This document shows positions 50,571-64,000 of a stretch of 64,000 nt of DNA, piece after piece. Below the pieces are notes generated by a model that saw only the letters and a list, made by a program, of their open reading frames with translations, searched no databases and was not told where the DNA came from. The DNA is taken from contig OX597829.1 in NCBI GenBank assembly GCA_951406725.2, positions 40,486,001-40,550,000 of the forward strand, read 5' to 3'. This stretch comes from Octopus vulgaris. Its lineage: Eukaryota. The translations under genes and the position numbers were made by a program. The first letter of the stretch is position 1. The number at the start of each line of letters is the position of its first letter.

Positions 50571-51634
50571 TCTTTCAATTAATTTTGAATATAATGAAGA
50601 ATTTAGTGAAATAACTTTGTCATTATTAAACTAACATTTGGAACATAAATAAACATAAAATTTTGATGGAAGAATTTAACCCTGTTGTCACTATGTTTCT
50701 GTTGAGATACACTGCTCTTTGTTTTAAATAATTTTGGAAATAATGAATCTAGTAAAAAAAAATGTCATACTTAAACTGGTATTTGAAACCTAAATTAACA
50801 CAAAATTTTGATGAAAAGTTTTAATCTAAATTATTTTTTTCAAATATGAATTTTGTCCCATAGGCAAGTTGAGTTCAAATTTCATCGAGGTTCACTCTGC
50901 CTTTCATCCTTTCAGGGTCAATTAAGTAAGTACCAGTTATGCACTGGGGTCGATATAATCGACTTAATCTGTTTGTCTGTCCTCTCTGCGTTTAGCCCCT
51001 TGTGGGTAGTAAAGAAATAGAAATAGATACGAGAAGGGTTAAAGAGAAAGTTTGTGTCATAAAACCATGGTGGACTCCAGCAGGTTAGCATCTAAAGAGT
51101 TGGGCAAAAAACAGCGCAGGATAATGCAGTCTTTCCTAGATTCTCCCAAAATGATGGGATGGTCAAGGCTGGAATGCCTTTGATCGTAGGTCTGCTCAAT
51201 TAGGGTTGACCCCCCCCCCCCAGGTTCAAACAACACCCATATCATGTAAATGATGTATTTTTTTTTTTTTCTTTTCTTGTTGATGTGATAAAATGGTACT
51301 AATTAAAACCTCACTCTTGAATGTCATAGTTTGGCATTTAAAACAAAAATAAACAAATGGGGAAGAAAAAAAAAAGGAAAAAAGCACATCGCAATCTGGT
51401 TTTTTTTACTCCAAGAGACCAAACTCAAGTTAAAGGCAAAACACTGGGGAGAAATTAAATTATATTATTATCCTGTATTCCTGGCATAACCAAATCCAAG
51501 GACTCTAGTGACAGCTCTGTTTACAACTGATAACACTCGTGTACCTACTGGGGGTGGGGGGAAGGTTACCCATTTCCTATGCTTTCATTATATTTTCATA
51601 GTTTTTTAAAAATTTTATTTCATTTCATATATGC

Positions 51635-52180
51635 TCTTTTATTCTTTTACTCGGTTCAGGCATTTGACTGTGGCCATGCTGGAGCACCACCTTGAGGGGG
51701 TGGGGGGTTAATCAAACTAATTGACCCGAGGACTTTTTTTTTAAGCCTTTTACTTATTCTATCAGGATCTTTTGTTGCACCACTAAGTGGGATGTTAACA
51801 CACCAACACTGGTTGTCAAGCAGTGATGGGTGGGGTAGATGAGCACAGACACAAATATGCATGCATAGATATATATATGATGGGTTTCTTTCAGTTTCTG
51901 TCTTCTGAATCCAGTCACAAGGCTTTGGTTAGCCCAAGGCTATAGCAGAAGAAACTTGCTCAAGGTGCCATGCAGTGGGACTGAACTTGGAACCATGTAG
52001 TTGGGAAGCAAGTTTCTTACCATATAGCCACACATGCATTATATATTCTTTTGTTCATCGACCCCAGGATTTATTCTTTATAAGCCTAGTACTTATTCTG
52101 TTGGTATCTTTTGCCAAACTGCTAAGTTACAGGGACATAAACACACCAACATCAGTTGTCAGGTGATATTGGTGAGGGAG

Positions 52181-52229
<49 letters not shown>

Positions 52230-52392
52230 CAACAGGCTTCTTTCAGTTTCCGTCTACCAAATCCACTCACAAGGCTTTGGTCAGCCCAAGGTTATAGCAG
52301 AAGACACTTGCCCAAGGTGCCACGCAGTGGGACTGAACCCGGAACCATGTGGTTAGTAAGCAAGCTACTTACCAAAAAGCCCCTCCTGTGCC
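51635..52392 (-). mobile_element. Two adjacent SINE family B copies
   Basis: Copies at about 51635-52035 and 52057-52392. Confidence 0.8.
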
Positions 52393-53828
52393 TTAGAGCC
52401 ACTCTTTCACCTTATATATATATTTTCGCATCTAACCTTTCTTACCATGAGCCTGATAGTTCTGTAACTTCTGTTTTTGCTTGGTATTTTTATTACATTG
52501 TTAGATCTTTATGCTTTTACCACTGCAGTGTGCCACAGATATATCTGGGTGTTCATATGCCAACACCCATAACTTGAATGGGTTTAGCTATTTCAGTGTG
52601 ATCAGTAGACATCAGCAGACATCATCATCATTTTAACACCCACTTTTACATGCTTGCATGGATTGGACAGTGTTTCTTGAGGCAAATTTTCTACGACTAG
52701 GTGCTTTCCCTGTTGCCAACCATTGCTTGTTTTGCAAGAAAGGTAATATTTCCTTATAGTCAAAAAATGTTCTGACAGAATATTGGAAATGAATGACACT
52801 GCTTGTATGACAGTGACACTCATTTACAACCATCACGTGATGTGAAGGTAAGAAGACACAAACACACACACACACACACATACATACACATACATAAGCA
52901 CACACGTGATGGGTTTTCTTTCAGTTTCCATCTACCAAATCCACTGACAATGGTTTAGTTGGCCCACGGCTACTGGCAAGCGGACACTTGCCCAAGATGC
53001 CACACAGTGGAACTGAACCCGAAACTTGTGGTTGAGAAGCAAACTTCTTACCACATAGCCAATCTGTGCCTCTAGTTTTTGTTCCTTTTTTGCTGCACCA
53101 TATATAGATCCTTCTGTTACCTAACTCATGCCAAGTATTCTCTGAAATTGACTTTGCATTTGAAGATTAAGTAACTTAAAGCTAGAGAGAGAAAGAGAGA
53201 GATGCAATGTGCTACACTAATGCAGAAGAACCTTCAGGCAAAATCTGCAGCATGCAGATAATACTTAGATATTTTTGTGTGCAGCATCATATAATACATA
53301 ATCTACTATTTTCTAGGAAAAATTCGATGCAGCTAGACTAGAATCTGTAACATTTACTACACTGGAGAAAATAATGTAAATACACCTTATTTATTCTCTT
53401 TACACATATAGGAACAAAGAGTTAACCTTGACGTGTCACATTGCTGGTTTGGCCATTTCTTCAGAAGTGAAGAAATTGGCAGAGGCCTCTTTTTGGCAAA
53501 GGATCAGATGATACCTTTTTTTGTTTTTTTTTTATTGTTAGCAGGTCATGATGTATGATGCACTCTTCAGATGTTTTAGTGATGGTCATGCAGGGGTTGT
53601 GGTACTAAATAAAAAGCATCTGGTTTGTAGTGGTGGGTGGATTGTTTTTCTGTTTTTTTTTTCTCTCTAAGCTCTAAAAATGTATTCTTTGTTCTTTCAC
53701 CGAACTCCTGCTGTGCAGTTATGAGTGAGAGAGACATGGAACTGTGTGGGGGATGTGGACGCTCATGACTAAGAGGGTGGGTAAAGGGTGATGCCAGCAG
53801 GGATAGCATGTATTTGGTAGAGTATCAA

Positions 53829-54064
53829 AGGTGGCGAGCTGGCAGAAACGTTAGCATCCCGGGTGAAATGCGTAGCCGTATTTCGTCTGTCGTTACGTTC
53901 TGAGTTCAAATTCCGCCGAGGTCGACTTTGCCTTTCATCCTTTTGGGGTGGATAAATTAAGTACCAGTTACGCAGTGGGGGGGGTCGATGTAATCGACTT
54001 AATCCCTTTGTCTGTCCTTGTTTGTTCTCTCTGTGTTTAGCCCCTTGTGGGTAGTAAAGAAATA
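53829..54064 (+). mobile_element. SINE family A with TSD
   Basis: tatttggtagagtatcaa on both sides. Confidence 0.9.
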
Positions 54065-54314
54065 TATTTGGTAGAGTATCAACCAGTGAGTTAACAAACA
54101 TCCCTCATCTTTTCTAAGACGATGAGCACTCCTTACTCTTCAGCCTATGTAAAGAAATTCACCGTTAACATATTCAGTAGCACCCTAGAGAGATATATTT
54201 GCATAAATGTTTTTTTTTTCTTTTAATCTTTTTATCCTTATACTTGTTTTAGTAATTGAATGTGGCCATGCTGGGGCACTGCCTTGAAATCAACACCAGT
54301 ACTGAATTTTTTTT

Positions 54315-54550
54315 TTAACCCTTTGACATTTAAACTGACCATATCCAGCCAAAATGTCGTATATAAATATTTTATCTTCAGATCAACCAGATCTGGCTTC
54401 TCATACATACCCGACAATGCCATTTTAAAAAATAAAAAGAAATTACATAACCGAAATCTCAAAGTAACTGAATAATGCATGATAAATTCAAAACAATTCA
54501 AATAAATAAGCATTATATTTGACAGAGTAATCTGAACGCTAAAGGGTTAA
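54315..54550. mobile_element. piggyBac-type MITE
   Basis: TTAA|CCCTTT...AAAGGG|TTAA termini. Confidence 0.75.
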
Positions 54551-54894
54551 AGCCTGGTACATATCCGGGATCTCTTTCGTTTCAATCACAGATTTTTAAT
54601 TATTTATTCTTTAACTGAACAGCTTGATAATTTTAACCAATCAACAACAGGTATTCAGCTGTAGTTGTTGATTACTTTCGCAAACAACAGTATATATATG
54701 TGTGTGTGTGTTTGTCCCCCCCCCCAACCATCGCTTGACAACCGATGTTGCTGTGTTTATGCCTCCGTAACTTAGCTGTTTGGCAAAAGATACCAATAGA
54801 ATAAGTACTCGGCTTACAAAGAATAAGTCCTATGTATGTATGTATGTATGTATGTATGTATGTATGTATGTATGCATGCATGCATGCACCCACA

Positions 54895-55550
54895 GAGGAT
54901 CTTTGTGTGTTTTCATCACTGTTTACAGCTTTGTTCCAATTGTTTTCAAATTTGGTATTTGGATCAAGTTCTGTATACTAATTATGAAAATATAATTCAT
55001 TTTCCCTATAAATCCATAATTAAAAAGTTATTAGCCTTTAAAATTTGTAAAATTTGGGTATTTTTAGCCAATCAGAAGTGTATATTTTACATATCGCTGT
55101 GGCGAAAATTTCTGTTTCCATGGTAACCAAAGTAAAGAAGCACCGCAATTTGCATAGCTTATTGTGAAGAACTGTTTCCACGGTAACCAAAGATGCTGCG
55201 CATGTGCACAAGAAGGAGGAGGAGGAGGAGATATGAGAAAGATAATTTATTTTATAAAATCCTAGTTTAATGTTTTGACATGCCAATGCCCCCCCCACCA
55301 CCACCACCACACACACACACACACATTCCTTGATGATGGAAGAGGCAGCAAATGCGCTGTTTTCTGATTGGCTGAAAATTCTGAATATGACCAAACTTTG
55401 AATACCTGTAACATTTTTGCAAATTTTTTTCTGGAATAAACAAATAACAAATTCAGTTCCAATGTCAGAAATTACATCTGTATGAGATACATGAGTTTTG
55501 TTTGGTTTTTTTTAAAGATTGTAAACAGTGAGACAAACCACAAAGATCTC
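54895..55550. mobile_element. Non-autonomous TIR DNA element with internal symmetry
   Basis: gatctttgtg...tcactgtttaca / tgtaaacagtgag...cacaaagatc termini; inverted agccaatcagaa / ttctgattggct inside. Confidence 0.6.
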
Positions 55551-55599
55551 ACACACATATGCACACACCCACATACACACACACACATATACATTTGTT

Positions 55600-56157
55600 G
55601 AGGCAAGTGAAATCAAAATCAAACTCGATGACTGGCGTCCATGCTAGCGGGGTACAAAGAGCACCATACGAGTCTGATCATTGACAGAGTGGCTAACCGG
55701 CTTCTGTGCCAGTGGCACTTAAAAGGCACCATTCGAGTGTGATTGTTACCAGCGTCGCCTTACTGGCACTCGAGCCCCGTGCTAGTAGAGTATTGAGAGC
55801 ACCAGCCAAGCGTGATCGTTGCCAGACCAGCTATCTGGCCTCCGTGCCGGTGGCACGTGAAAGACACCATTCGAGCGTGATCGTTACCAGCATCACCTTA
55901 CTGGCACCTGTGCCGGTACCATGTGTAAAAGATTCGAGCGAGGTCGTTGCCAGTCCCAGCTGACTGGCCCCGTGCTAGCAGCACGTAAAAGCACCCACTA
56001 CACTCTTGGAGTGGTTGGCGTTAGGAAAGGCATCCAGCTGTAGAAACTCTGCCAGATCAAGATTGGAGACTGGTGCAGCCATCTGGTTCACCAGCCCTCA
56101 GTCATTCGTCCAACCCATGCTAGCATGGAAAGCGGACATTAAACGATGATGATGATG
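55600..56157 (+). mobile_element. SINE-like family C, long copy
   Basis: Multiple subrepeats, conserved 3' block and (ATG)n. Confidence 0.85.
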
Positions 56158-57036
56158 TTGTGTTTGTGTGTCTGTGTTTGTCCCACCACCACCACCACCA
56201 CTTGACAACTGGTGCTTGTTTGTTTATGTCCCCCATAACTTTGCAGGTTGGCAACAGAAACTGATAGATTAAGTACCAGGGTTAAGAGAGAAAAAAAAAG
56301 TAAGCACCAGTATGGCCACAATGTAATGACTGAAACAAATAAAAGATAGAATATTATTAATTGAAATAAACACAGAGTATTTCCACAGAAATATGGTAAC
56401 TGAAAGTGTTGATATCAAATACCACCTGACCAACCCAAGGATGGAACTAATGATGATTCATTCCTCTCCCTTATTTTTTTTCCTTTTCTTTTTTTTTTTC
56501 ACTACACTAATCAGTCAGGCATGAAGTGGAAAAGTGGTATCTGATTTTCAAGTGGTTTTTACAGAGAGAGAGAGAGAAGGAAACTTTTAGAACCCTTGAC
56601 CTTTGAATAAGTAATTTGGCACCAAAGCAAAATCAGCAGACACGATTTCTCCTTCATTAAAGATATCTTCAAATGTCTCACTCCTACTTTATATCCTTTC
56701 CTCACACCTTAAACTTGGTATTTAAAAAAAGCAGAAAAAAAAAAAAAAAGAAAAAGTCACCTTTTTATCTCAGAATTTGTTTCTCCTTAAACACAACGCA
56801 CCCAGTATCTTTTATCTTTATTGTTATCTTCTGCATGTTTGAGTCATTAGACTGCGGCCATTCTGGGGCACACACCTGTAAAGGGGTTTAGTTGATCAAA
56901 AATGCCAGTACTCATTTTTCTTTACTCTGATACTTCATTTTATCATTCTCTCTCTTTCGCCTGCTAACTTTTGGAGATGTAAACAAACCAACGGCAGTTG
57001 TAAAACTGTGGTGGGGTACACACACACACACATATA

Positions 57037-57256
57037 TATGAGGGGGTGCTGAAAAGTTTCTGGCTTGTTGGATATCCTGAAAGGCCTGTCTGGAGATTCA
57101 ACTTTCTGCGGTTTTTACAGGGCTTAGTAAAACTGAAGAACTGCTGCAATAAGTGTGTGACTCTGAGAGAGGGAATATGTTGAATAAAATCATAATTAAC
57201 TGATCCTCCTGTATTTTCTTTTACCCAAAGCTAGGAACTTTTGTGCACCCCTTCAT
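57037..57256 (+). mobile_element. Mariner-derived non-autonomous element
   Basis: TIRs tatgagggggtgctgaaaagtt / aacttttgtgcaccccttcat; retains a mariner-like C-terminus GLVKLKNCCNKCV...YVE*. Confidence 0.7.
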
Positions 57257-57268
57257 GTATGTATATGC

Positions 57269-57316
<48 letters not shown>

Positions 57317-57362
57317 TAGGAACCTCATGACTGTTAGACAAAAACTGAAAGAAGCCTATAAG

Positions 57363-57393
<31 letters not shown>

Positions 57394-57442
57394 CAAATGG
57401 GGTGATTATAATCAAAATAAGCAACAAGGATATCCAAGGTAG

Positions 57443-57530
57443 TGTAGTACAATCGCTTCATGCTACTTCATTTTATTAAACACTGTAAGTATTACATCAG
57501 TTTTAAAATGTCGAGCAATCTTCAGCCACA
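57443..57530 (-). ncRNA. Degenerate hammerhead motif with long loop II
   Basis: Minus strand tgtgg-CTGAAGA-ttgct...agcat-GAAGC-gatt-GTA-ctaca. Confidence 0.55.
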
Positions 57531-57614
57531 TATAGAATTTTTTTAATTAAATGGACAATGTACATTTTTATACTTATTTATACTTATATATATATAACAC
57601 CACACAGCCCTGCC

Positions 57615-57843
57615 TGGCGAGCTGGCAGAAACGTTAGCACACCGGGCAAAATGCATAGCCATGTTTCATCTGTCGTTACGTTCCGAGTTCAAATTCCACC
57701 AGAGTCAACTTTGCCTTTCATCCTCTCGGGGTCGATTAATTAATTACCAGTTACGCACTGGGGTTGATGTAATCAACTTAATCCGTTTGTCTGTCCTTGT
57801 TTGTCCCCTCTGTGTTTCGCCCCTTGTGGGTAGTAAAGAAATA
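57615..57843 (+). mobile_element. SINE family A
   Basis: Full copy. Confidence 0.85.
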
Positions 57844-58141
57844 TATATAATATGTTGTGCTAGAATGTAGAAACATGTGTGATATGTTGAAGTGGTGTAT
57901 GGAATGAGATGTGTGAAATATGAATGCCAAAGATTTGGAAGAACTAGAAGCTTCCAATTTCTCTGGCTCCAATTCGCTAGCCAGCCAACCACCAAGAACT
58001 TTTCATCTATGTTTTTAACTGCATTGTAGATGTCTGTGTTACTTCACTCCTCTCTGAAATCATCGTCCTCAATGACTTGAATTCTCATAATTCTTCAGGT
58101 TCAGCCTTTCTGTGTAATACCTTGGGCAAGTGTCTTCTAAC

Positions 58142-58196
<55 letters not shown>

Positions 58197-59126
58197 GCTC
58201 CGAACTGACCAAAGTCCTTTCAATGAATTTGGTAGACAGAAACTGGAAAAAGCTAATTACATATATGTCTTTGTGTGTGTGTGTGTGTGTTTCTATCTCC
58301 TTGTCTTGCAGTCATGTGATAGTCAGAAAATAAGTATTACTGTCACAGAAGCAGCATCCTTCTTTTCTAAATGTCTGAGAAAATAGGAATCACATTAAGC
58401 AATAGAAAAATCTGCCTTCCTCTGAATTTCATGCAAACATGGAAGAGAAGATGTTAAAATGATGATGATGGTTACAGTATAGTAACAACTGTATATGCAG
58501 TGCAAGGAATAAAAATAACAAAGCTACAAAATTTACCGTTTTTCTTTCTTTTTTTTTTTTTTTTTTTTTGCATTTGTTAAGTGATGTGAAAAAAAACAAA
58601 AAATGGATGCAAGTGTGCTTTCATCTCACTTCAGGCATAAAACTTTGTGTCGTTTGTTGTCCATCATGTCTTTTTTTTTTTTTTTTTGATATTTATATTT
58701 ATTAGCCATTCAGTTTCTGTTATATCTCCTCTCTAAAGAGATATGACATGGAAAACCTAAATGTTATACAATAATAGTACACCTGGGAAGTAATATGGTA
58801 TCACTAGATGTGGCAGCATACCAATGAGACGGAATGTTGTGGTCTTGGTCATTCATGTGCCATAGAAATCAAGTAACCTAGCTCCGTGAGCCCTAAGGGC
58901 TTGAGGCAGTAATGTCTTGGGATTTTATGGGGATGATGAGATATATTAAGGTATTGTTAGATGAGCGAGCTGGCAGAAACGTTAGTACGCCAGGCGAAAT
59001 GCTCGGCAGTATGTGGGTAGAAAAGAAATAGGTATTGTTCGATGAGTGACAATTTTGCTGGAAGTGACTTGCAATATTTTTGCTAGCAGTTTTATATCAC
59101 GACAAGCAGTATTGTTAGATATAATG

Positions 59127-59339
59127 GTTTCAAATTTTTCCACAAGGGCAGCAGTTTCGGAGGAGGAGATGAGTCAATTACATCGACCCCCAGTGTATAT
59201 CTGGTACTTATTTATCAACCCCGAAAAGACGAAAGATGAAGTTGACCTTGGCGGAGTTTGAACTCAGAATGTACCAATGGGCAAAATACTGCTAAGCATT
59301 TCGTCCGGCACACTAATGATTCTGCCAGTTCGCTGCCTT
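59127..59339 (-). mobile_element. SINE family A variant (alternative 3' end) with TSD
   Basis: gta(t/c)tgttagatataatg on both sides. Confidence 0.75.
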
Positions 59340-59432
59340 GTACTGTTAGATATAATGCAGTACTGCTAATGATGTGGTATTGCTGTATGTGACATAGAAC
59401 CACTAGGTATGTTATGGTATTGCTAGATGTGG

Positions 59433-59668
59433 AAGGCGGCGAGCTGGCAGAAATGTTAGCACACCAGGTGAAATGCTTAGTGTTGTTTCGTCAGCCGTTA
59501 CGTTGTGAGTTCAAATTCTGCCGAGGTCGACTTTGCCTTTCATCCTTTCAGGGTCGATAAATTAAGTACCAGTTACACACTGGGATCGATGTAATCGACT
59601 TAATCCGTTTGTCTGTCCTTGTTTGTCCCCTCTGTGTTTAGCTCCTTGTGGGTAGTAAAGAAATAGGT
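59433..59668 (+). mobile_element. SINE family A
   Basis: Full copy. Confidence 0.9.
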
Positions 59669-59712
59669 AATTATGCAGAACACAGTTGTCACTCCAGGAG
59701 ACATTTTTGGAA

Positions 59713-59945
59713 TACCTATTTCTTTACTACCCACAAGGGGCTAAACACAGAGGGGACAAACAAGGACAGACAAACGGATTAAGTCGTATACATTGACCCC
59801 AGTGTGTAACTGGTACTTAATTTATCGACCCCGAAAGGATGAAAGGCAAAGTCGACCTCAGCAGAATTTGAACTCAGAATGTAACGGCAGACGAAATACG
59901 GCTACACATTTCGTCCGGTGTACTAATGTTTCTGCCAGCTCCCCG
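59713..59945 (-). mobile_element. SINE family A with TSD
   Basis: atttttggaatacc on both sides. Confidence 0.9.
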
Positions 59946-60230
59946 TCTTTATTTTTGGAATACCCCCATACCTAATGTGACATAATGCTACCATAGATAG
60001 ATGTGACACGAGCCTGCAATAGTCAGTTATGACACCATGTGACACGATACTGCGACAATCAGATGTGACATTGAATTACTACAAGGTGTGACGTGATGCA
60101 ATGATTGAAATCATTAAGGTTTTGTATTCTCTGGCTAGTTTGCTTTCTTACTCTACTAATAGTATGGGATCGTTAATAAGCCATTAAGTTTTGTTCTTAA
60201 TGAAGCAATTAACTTCAAGGTCAGTATGAA

Positions 60231-60289
<59 letters not shown>

Positions 60290-60805
60290 GTACATATGCA
60301 TTTGTTTACGTGTTCATGCATGTTCTACAACAACTTGTTAGCAACCAATTAAGTCTTTCTGAAGACTAACCAAACCAACAAGAGTAACTATACATGATTA
60401 CTTGACATATTAGTAATAACAACCAAATCTCTCTTGATTCACATCTTGTCTTCTTCTGAAAGCAGCAAAATAGACCTGTTAAGAATGTCTAAAGCCAAAA
60501 GGTGGGATGGCAATGGGTGGATTACCTTTGGTCATAAATCAGTTTGCGCAACCAGGGCTGACTTTTGGTATAAGCAACAAGAGCAGTTATCCCGTACATG
60601 AAACTATAAGGGAGTTTCCTCAAAGTCATATTACCTACTGGAAATAATAACCAAATCCCCTTCGGTTTGTACCCTAGCAGCTTGAAATAGGAAGGACATA
60701 TTGAATAATATAATCTAAAATATAATGTCTGGAGAAACAAAATGGAATGGCTATGATTGGAAAAGCTTTGATAAAGACCAAAAAAAAAAAGCATCAAAAT
60801 AAAAT

Positions 60806-61232
60806 AGGCGCAGGAGTGGCTGTGTGGTAAGTAGCTTGCTAACCAACCACATGGTTCCGGGTTCACTCCCACTGCGTGGCATCTTGGGCAGGTGTCTTCA
60901 GCTATAGCCCCGGGCCGACCAATGCCTTGTGAGTGGATTTGGTAGACGGAAACTGAAAGAAGCCTGTCGTATATATATATAAATATATATATATATACAT
61001 GTATGTGTGTGTGTTTGTGTGTCAGTGTTTGTTCCCGTAGCATTGCTTGACAACCGATGCTGGTGTGTTTACGGTCCCCGTCACTTAGCGGTTCGGCAAA
61101 AAGAGACCGATAGAATAAGTACTGGGCTTACAAAAAGAATAAGTCCCGGGGTCGAGTTGCTCGACTAAAGGCGGTGCTCCAGCATGGCCGCAGTCAAATG
61201 ACTGAAACAAGTAAAAGAGAAAAAGAGAAAGA
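60806..61232 (+). mobile_element. SINE family B, full length and CpG-rich (young)
   Basis: aggcgcaggagtggctgtgtggtaag...ggttcactccc...gactgaaacaagtaaaagag. Confidence 0.9.
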
Positions 61233-61372
61233 GTGCTGCTAAAAATTTGTTTTTTCTTGTTTTGTTTTCTTTGGCTGTGTGGGGACATGGACATGACTGT
61301 GTGGTAAGTAGCTTGTTGCCCAACCAAAGACTTGTGTGTGGATCTCATAGATGGAAACCGAAAGGAATCCAT

Positions 61373-61418
<46 letters not shown>

Positions 61419-61774
61419 TGGGCTTCTTTGAGTTGACATCATGTGATAGTTGCAAAATGAGTGTCACAGTGACACTAGCAGTGCCACTCATTCCCAAAAG
61501 TCTGAGAAGGTGTCTGGCCATGGTATAATATTACTTTGCTTGGAAACAGAAGATGGTTGGTGGCAGGAAAGGCATCCAACCGTAGAAAATTTGCTTCAAT
61601 AAACTCTCTTTGGCCCATGGAATCATGGAAAGTAGACGTCTGATGATGACGATGATTGTGTGTGTGTGTGTGTGTGCATATGTGTTTCTTGGAAAATATT
61701 TGTGATAAAGAAAACTATCGCTGATTTAGTCAACTGGCCGACATGTGCTTCATGGTAGGTAAGCAGTTGAAGAC

Positions 61775-61958
61775 CTATATCGTCTGTTGTTACGGTCTGA
61801 GTTCAAATTCCGCTGAGGTCGACTTTGCCTTTCATTCTTTTCGGGGTCGATAAATAAAGTACTAGTTTCGCACTGGGGTTGATGTAATTGACTTAATCTC
61901 TTTGTCTTTCCTAGTTTGTCCCCTCTATGTTTAGCCCCTTGTGGGCAGTAAAGAAATA
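61775..61958 (+). mobile_element. SINE family A, 5'-truncated
   Basis: Matches the family A sequence. Confidence 0.8.
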
Positions 61959-62844
61959 TACATATTGTATGTGCTAGTTGCTGAAAAGCGATAAAGGATT
62001 TTTTTTTCCCCCCCTTCTTCTTTGAATGGTGTCCATCATAAACCTTTTGCAACATGAGTGTTAGAAATTGTCCTCAAGAGAATTGGTGTTTGATTCTGTA
62101 CAATGAAGGAGAGGTGTGTGTGTGTGTGGGCGGGGAAGAAACAAAAATATTAAAAAAAAAACATATATGAAAATGAAGAGGCGGCTGAGTAAATTACATG
62201 GCTTGCTTTTCCATTCCCACTGTGGTTTATCTATTGATGAGAGTTGATTATTTTGATAAAAGTTACATGATGGAAATCTTGTTACCCAAAATAGATATGC
62301 GAAGGGTCGTGAAGTTGGTGCGGGTGAGGGGAAAGCTATTTCAGATAAAACGATGCTATTATTGACTGAGTACCTAAAGCTTCAGTTTCCATTTTGTGTG
62401 TGTGCGTGTGTGCGTGTGTGTGTGTATTGGTTATATTGATTGTTTATTTCTTTTTAATTTTCGGTAAGTTCCATTCCATTTCATGGGTTAAGTGGAATAT
62501 ATTCTACTGACTAATTATGCTGTGAACATAAAAGGCAGCAGAGTGGAAGAACTGGTTGACAACCTGATAAAACATCTTGTGCCGTGTATGTATGTATGTG
62601 TGCGTGTGTGTGTATCTTTCTCTTTCTCTCTCTCATTCTATCTCTTTCTCTCTCTCTCTACATATATATATATATTATATAAAATAATCATCATCCTCAT
62701 TTAACAGCTGCCTTCCATGTGCTGGCATAGATTGAACAGTTTGACAGGAGCTGGCCAGGTAGAAGCTTGCACTAGACTACTGTGTATGTTTTGGTAGGGT
62801 TTTTACAGCTGGATGCCCTTCCAAACACCAACCACCCAGCAGAG

Positions 62845-62876
<32 letters not shown>

Positions 62877-62879
<3 letters not shown>

Positions 62880-63895
62880 GGGTTGGACAAAATAATGGAA
62901 ACGCCTTAAAATTTAAAACAAATTTATTTTAATATGGGGTACGACCGCCTTTGGCAGTAATTAGTTTGAATTCTACAAGGTATGGACTCATACAAAGTTC
63001 GAATTGTTTCCAAAGGAATTTTTGTCCATTCTTCAGCTAAAACAGTCTCTAGTTCTTGTAGTGATGATGATGGAGGATATCGACTCCTTACTTGTTTTTC
63101 TAAAATGCACCATAAATGTTCAATAATATTGAGATCTGGGGACTGTGGTGGCCAGATAAGATGTTCAACTTCACTCGAATGTTCCTGGTGCCATTCAGTA
63201 ACAACTTTAGCCATGTGAATTGGTGCATTATCATCCTGGAAAATTGTGTTTCTCTCAGGAAACAGTTCCACAACCATAGGATAAATTTGATCAGATAAAA
63301 TGCTTAATTCTGCCATGAAGGGAAACCATTGGGCTTGCAGATTTCCAACATATAACTCCCCAGATCATCACAGATCCTCCTCCATGTTTAGCAGTTGGAA
63401 GAAGGTGGTCTGGATCAAATGCTTCTTTTGGCTGTCTCCATACGTATACTCAGCCAGTGGTCAGAAATAAGGTAAAGGATGACTCGTCTAAGAAAATAAC
63501 GTTCTTCCAATGCTCTAGGGACCAATTCTGTAGGTTTTTACTCCACTCTAAATGCTTTGCAACATTTGTTTTTGAAAGTAGTGGTTTTCAGATTGCAGCC
63601 CTTCCATGAAATGCGGCTTTCTGCAGCTCCCGGCGAACAGTTTTTGTGGAAACTGGGTTCTTGAGGTTGTCATTAAGCTCTGCAGTAATTTTGAGAGCTG
63701 TACTTTTGTGATCCTTTTTAATAATTCATGTAAGAATCCAACACTCTTTGTTTGAAATGTTTGGGTTTTCTTCCAGAGTTTTGTTTCGATGCAGAGGTTT
63801 TTCCATCTTTCTCAAAGCTGTCATTACTTTCAAGACAGTACTTTTTGATACACCAAACATTTAGGCTGTTTTTGTTATGCTAACACCTGCCATAT
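62877..63895 (-). mobile_element. Decayed Tc1-like transposon (transposase pseudogene, one TIR)
   Basis: TA|caggggttggacaaaataatggaaac TIR; minus frames give MAGVSITKTA*MFGVSKSTV (HTH), WKNVIFLDESSF, KHGGGSVMIW, FQDDNAPIH and WPPQSPDLNIIEHLW, with stops and frameshifts. Confidence 0.92.
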
Positions 63896-64000
63896 GTTTG
63901 TGGGTACTAAAGAAACAGATATAATTGTATTGATGATTTTATTTATTTATTTTAGGTTGTTGTTTTTTTTTTAATATTTTTTGCCATTTTTCTTCTCTTA

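Noticed and set aside
60522-61043. 173-aa minus-strand ORF
   Set aside because: Composed of SINE B antisense plus an old dispersed repeat (gaaatagcagccaaat family).
62924-63316. Active transposase gene
   Set aside because: The remainder of the Tc1 ORF has stops and frameshifts, and the second TIR is missing.

Overview
AT-rich eukaryotic (animal) non-coding DNA, most likely from an octopus or related cephalopod. This is inferred from recalled SINE families and the extreme (TA)n/(CA)n/(ATG)n load, not from a database search. No intact protein-coding gene is visible: nearly all long ORFs in the track are microsatellite artefacts, and the real protein similarities are decayed transposon fragments (RTE/BovB-like and CR1-like LINE 3' ends, a Tc1 transposase, mariner remnants). 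Four abundant SINE-like families (called A-D here) dominate, with non-autonomous Helitrons, piggyBac-type (TTAA) MITEs and long foldback elements. A few weak exon candidates suggest the window may lie in large introns. The most notable signal is a set of about 8 minimal hammerhead-ribozyme-like motifs of the Penelope type, mostly in short, often foldback elements in or near (TA)n tracts. Also notable are a template-switch duplication/inversion at 31.6-32.8 kb, a 185-bp SINE tetramer inside a LINE, and a LINE 3' end that shares its terminal stem-loop with SINE family D.
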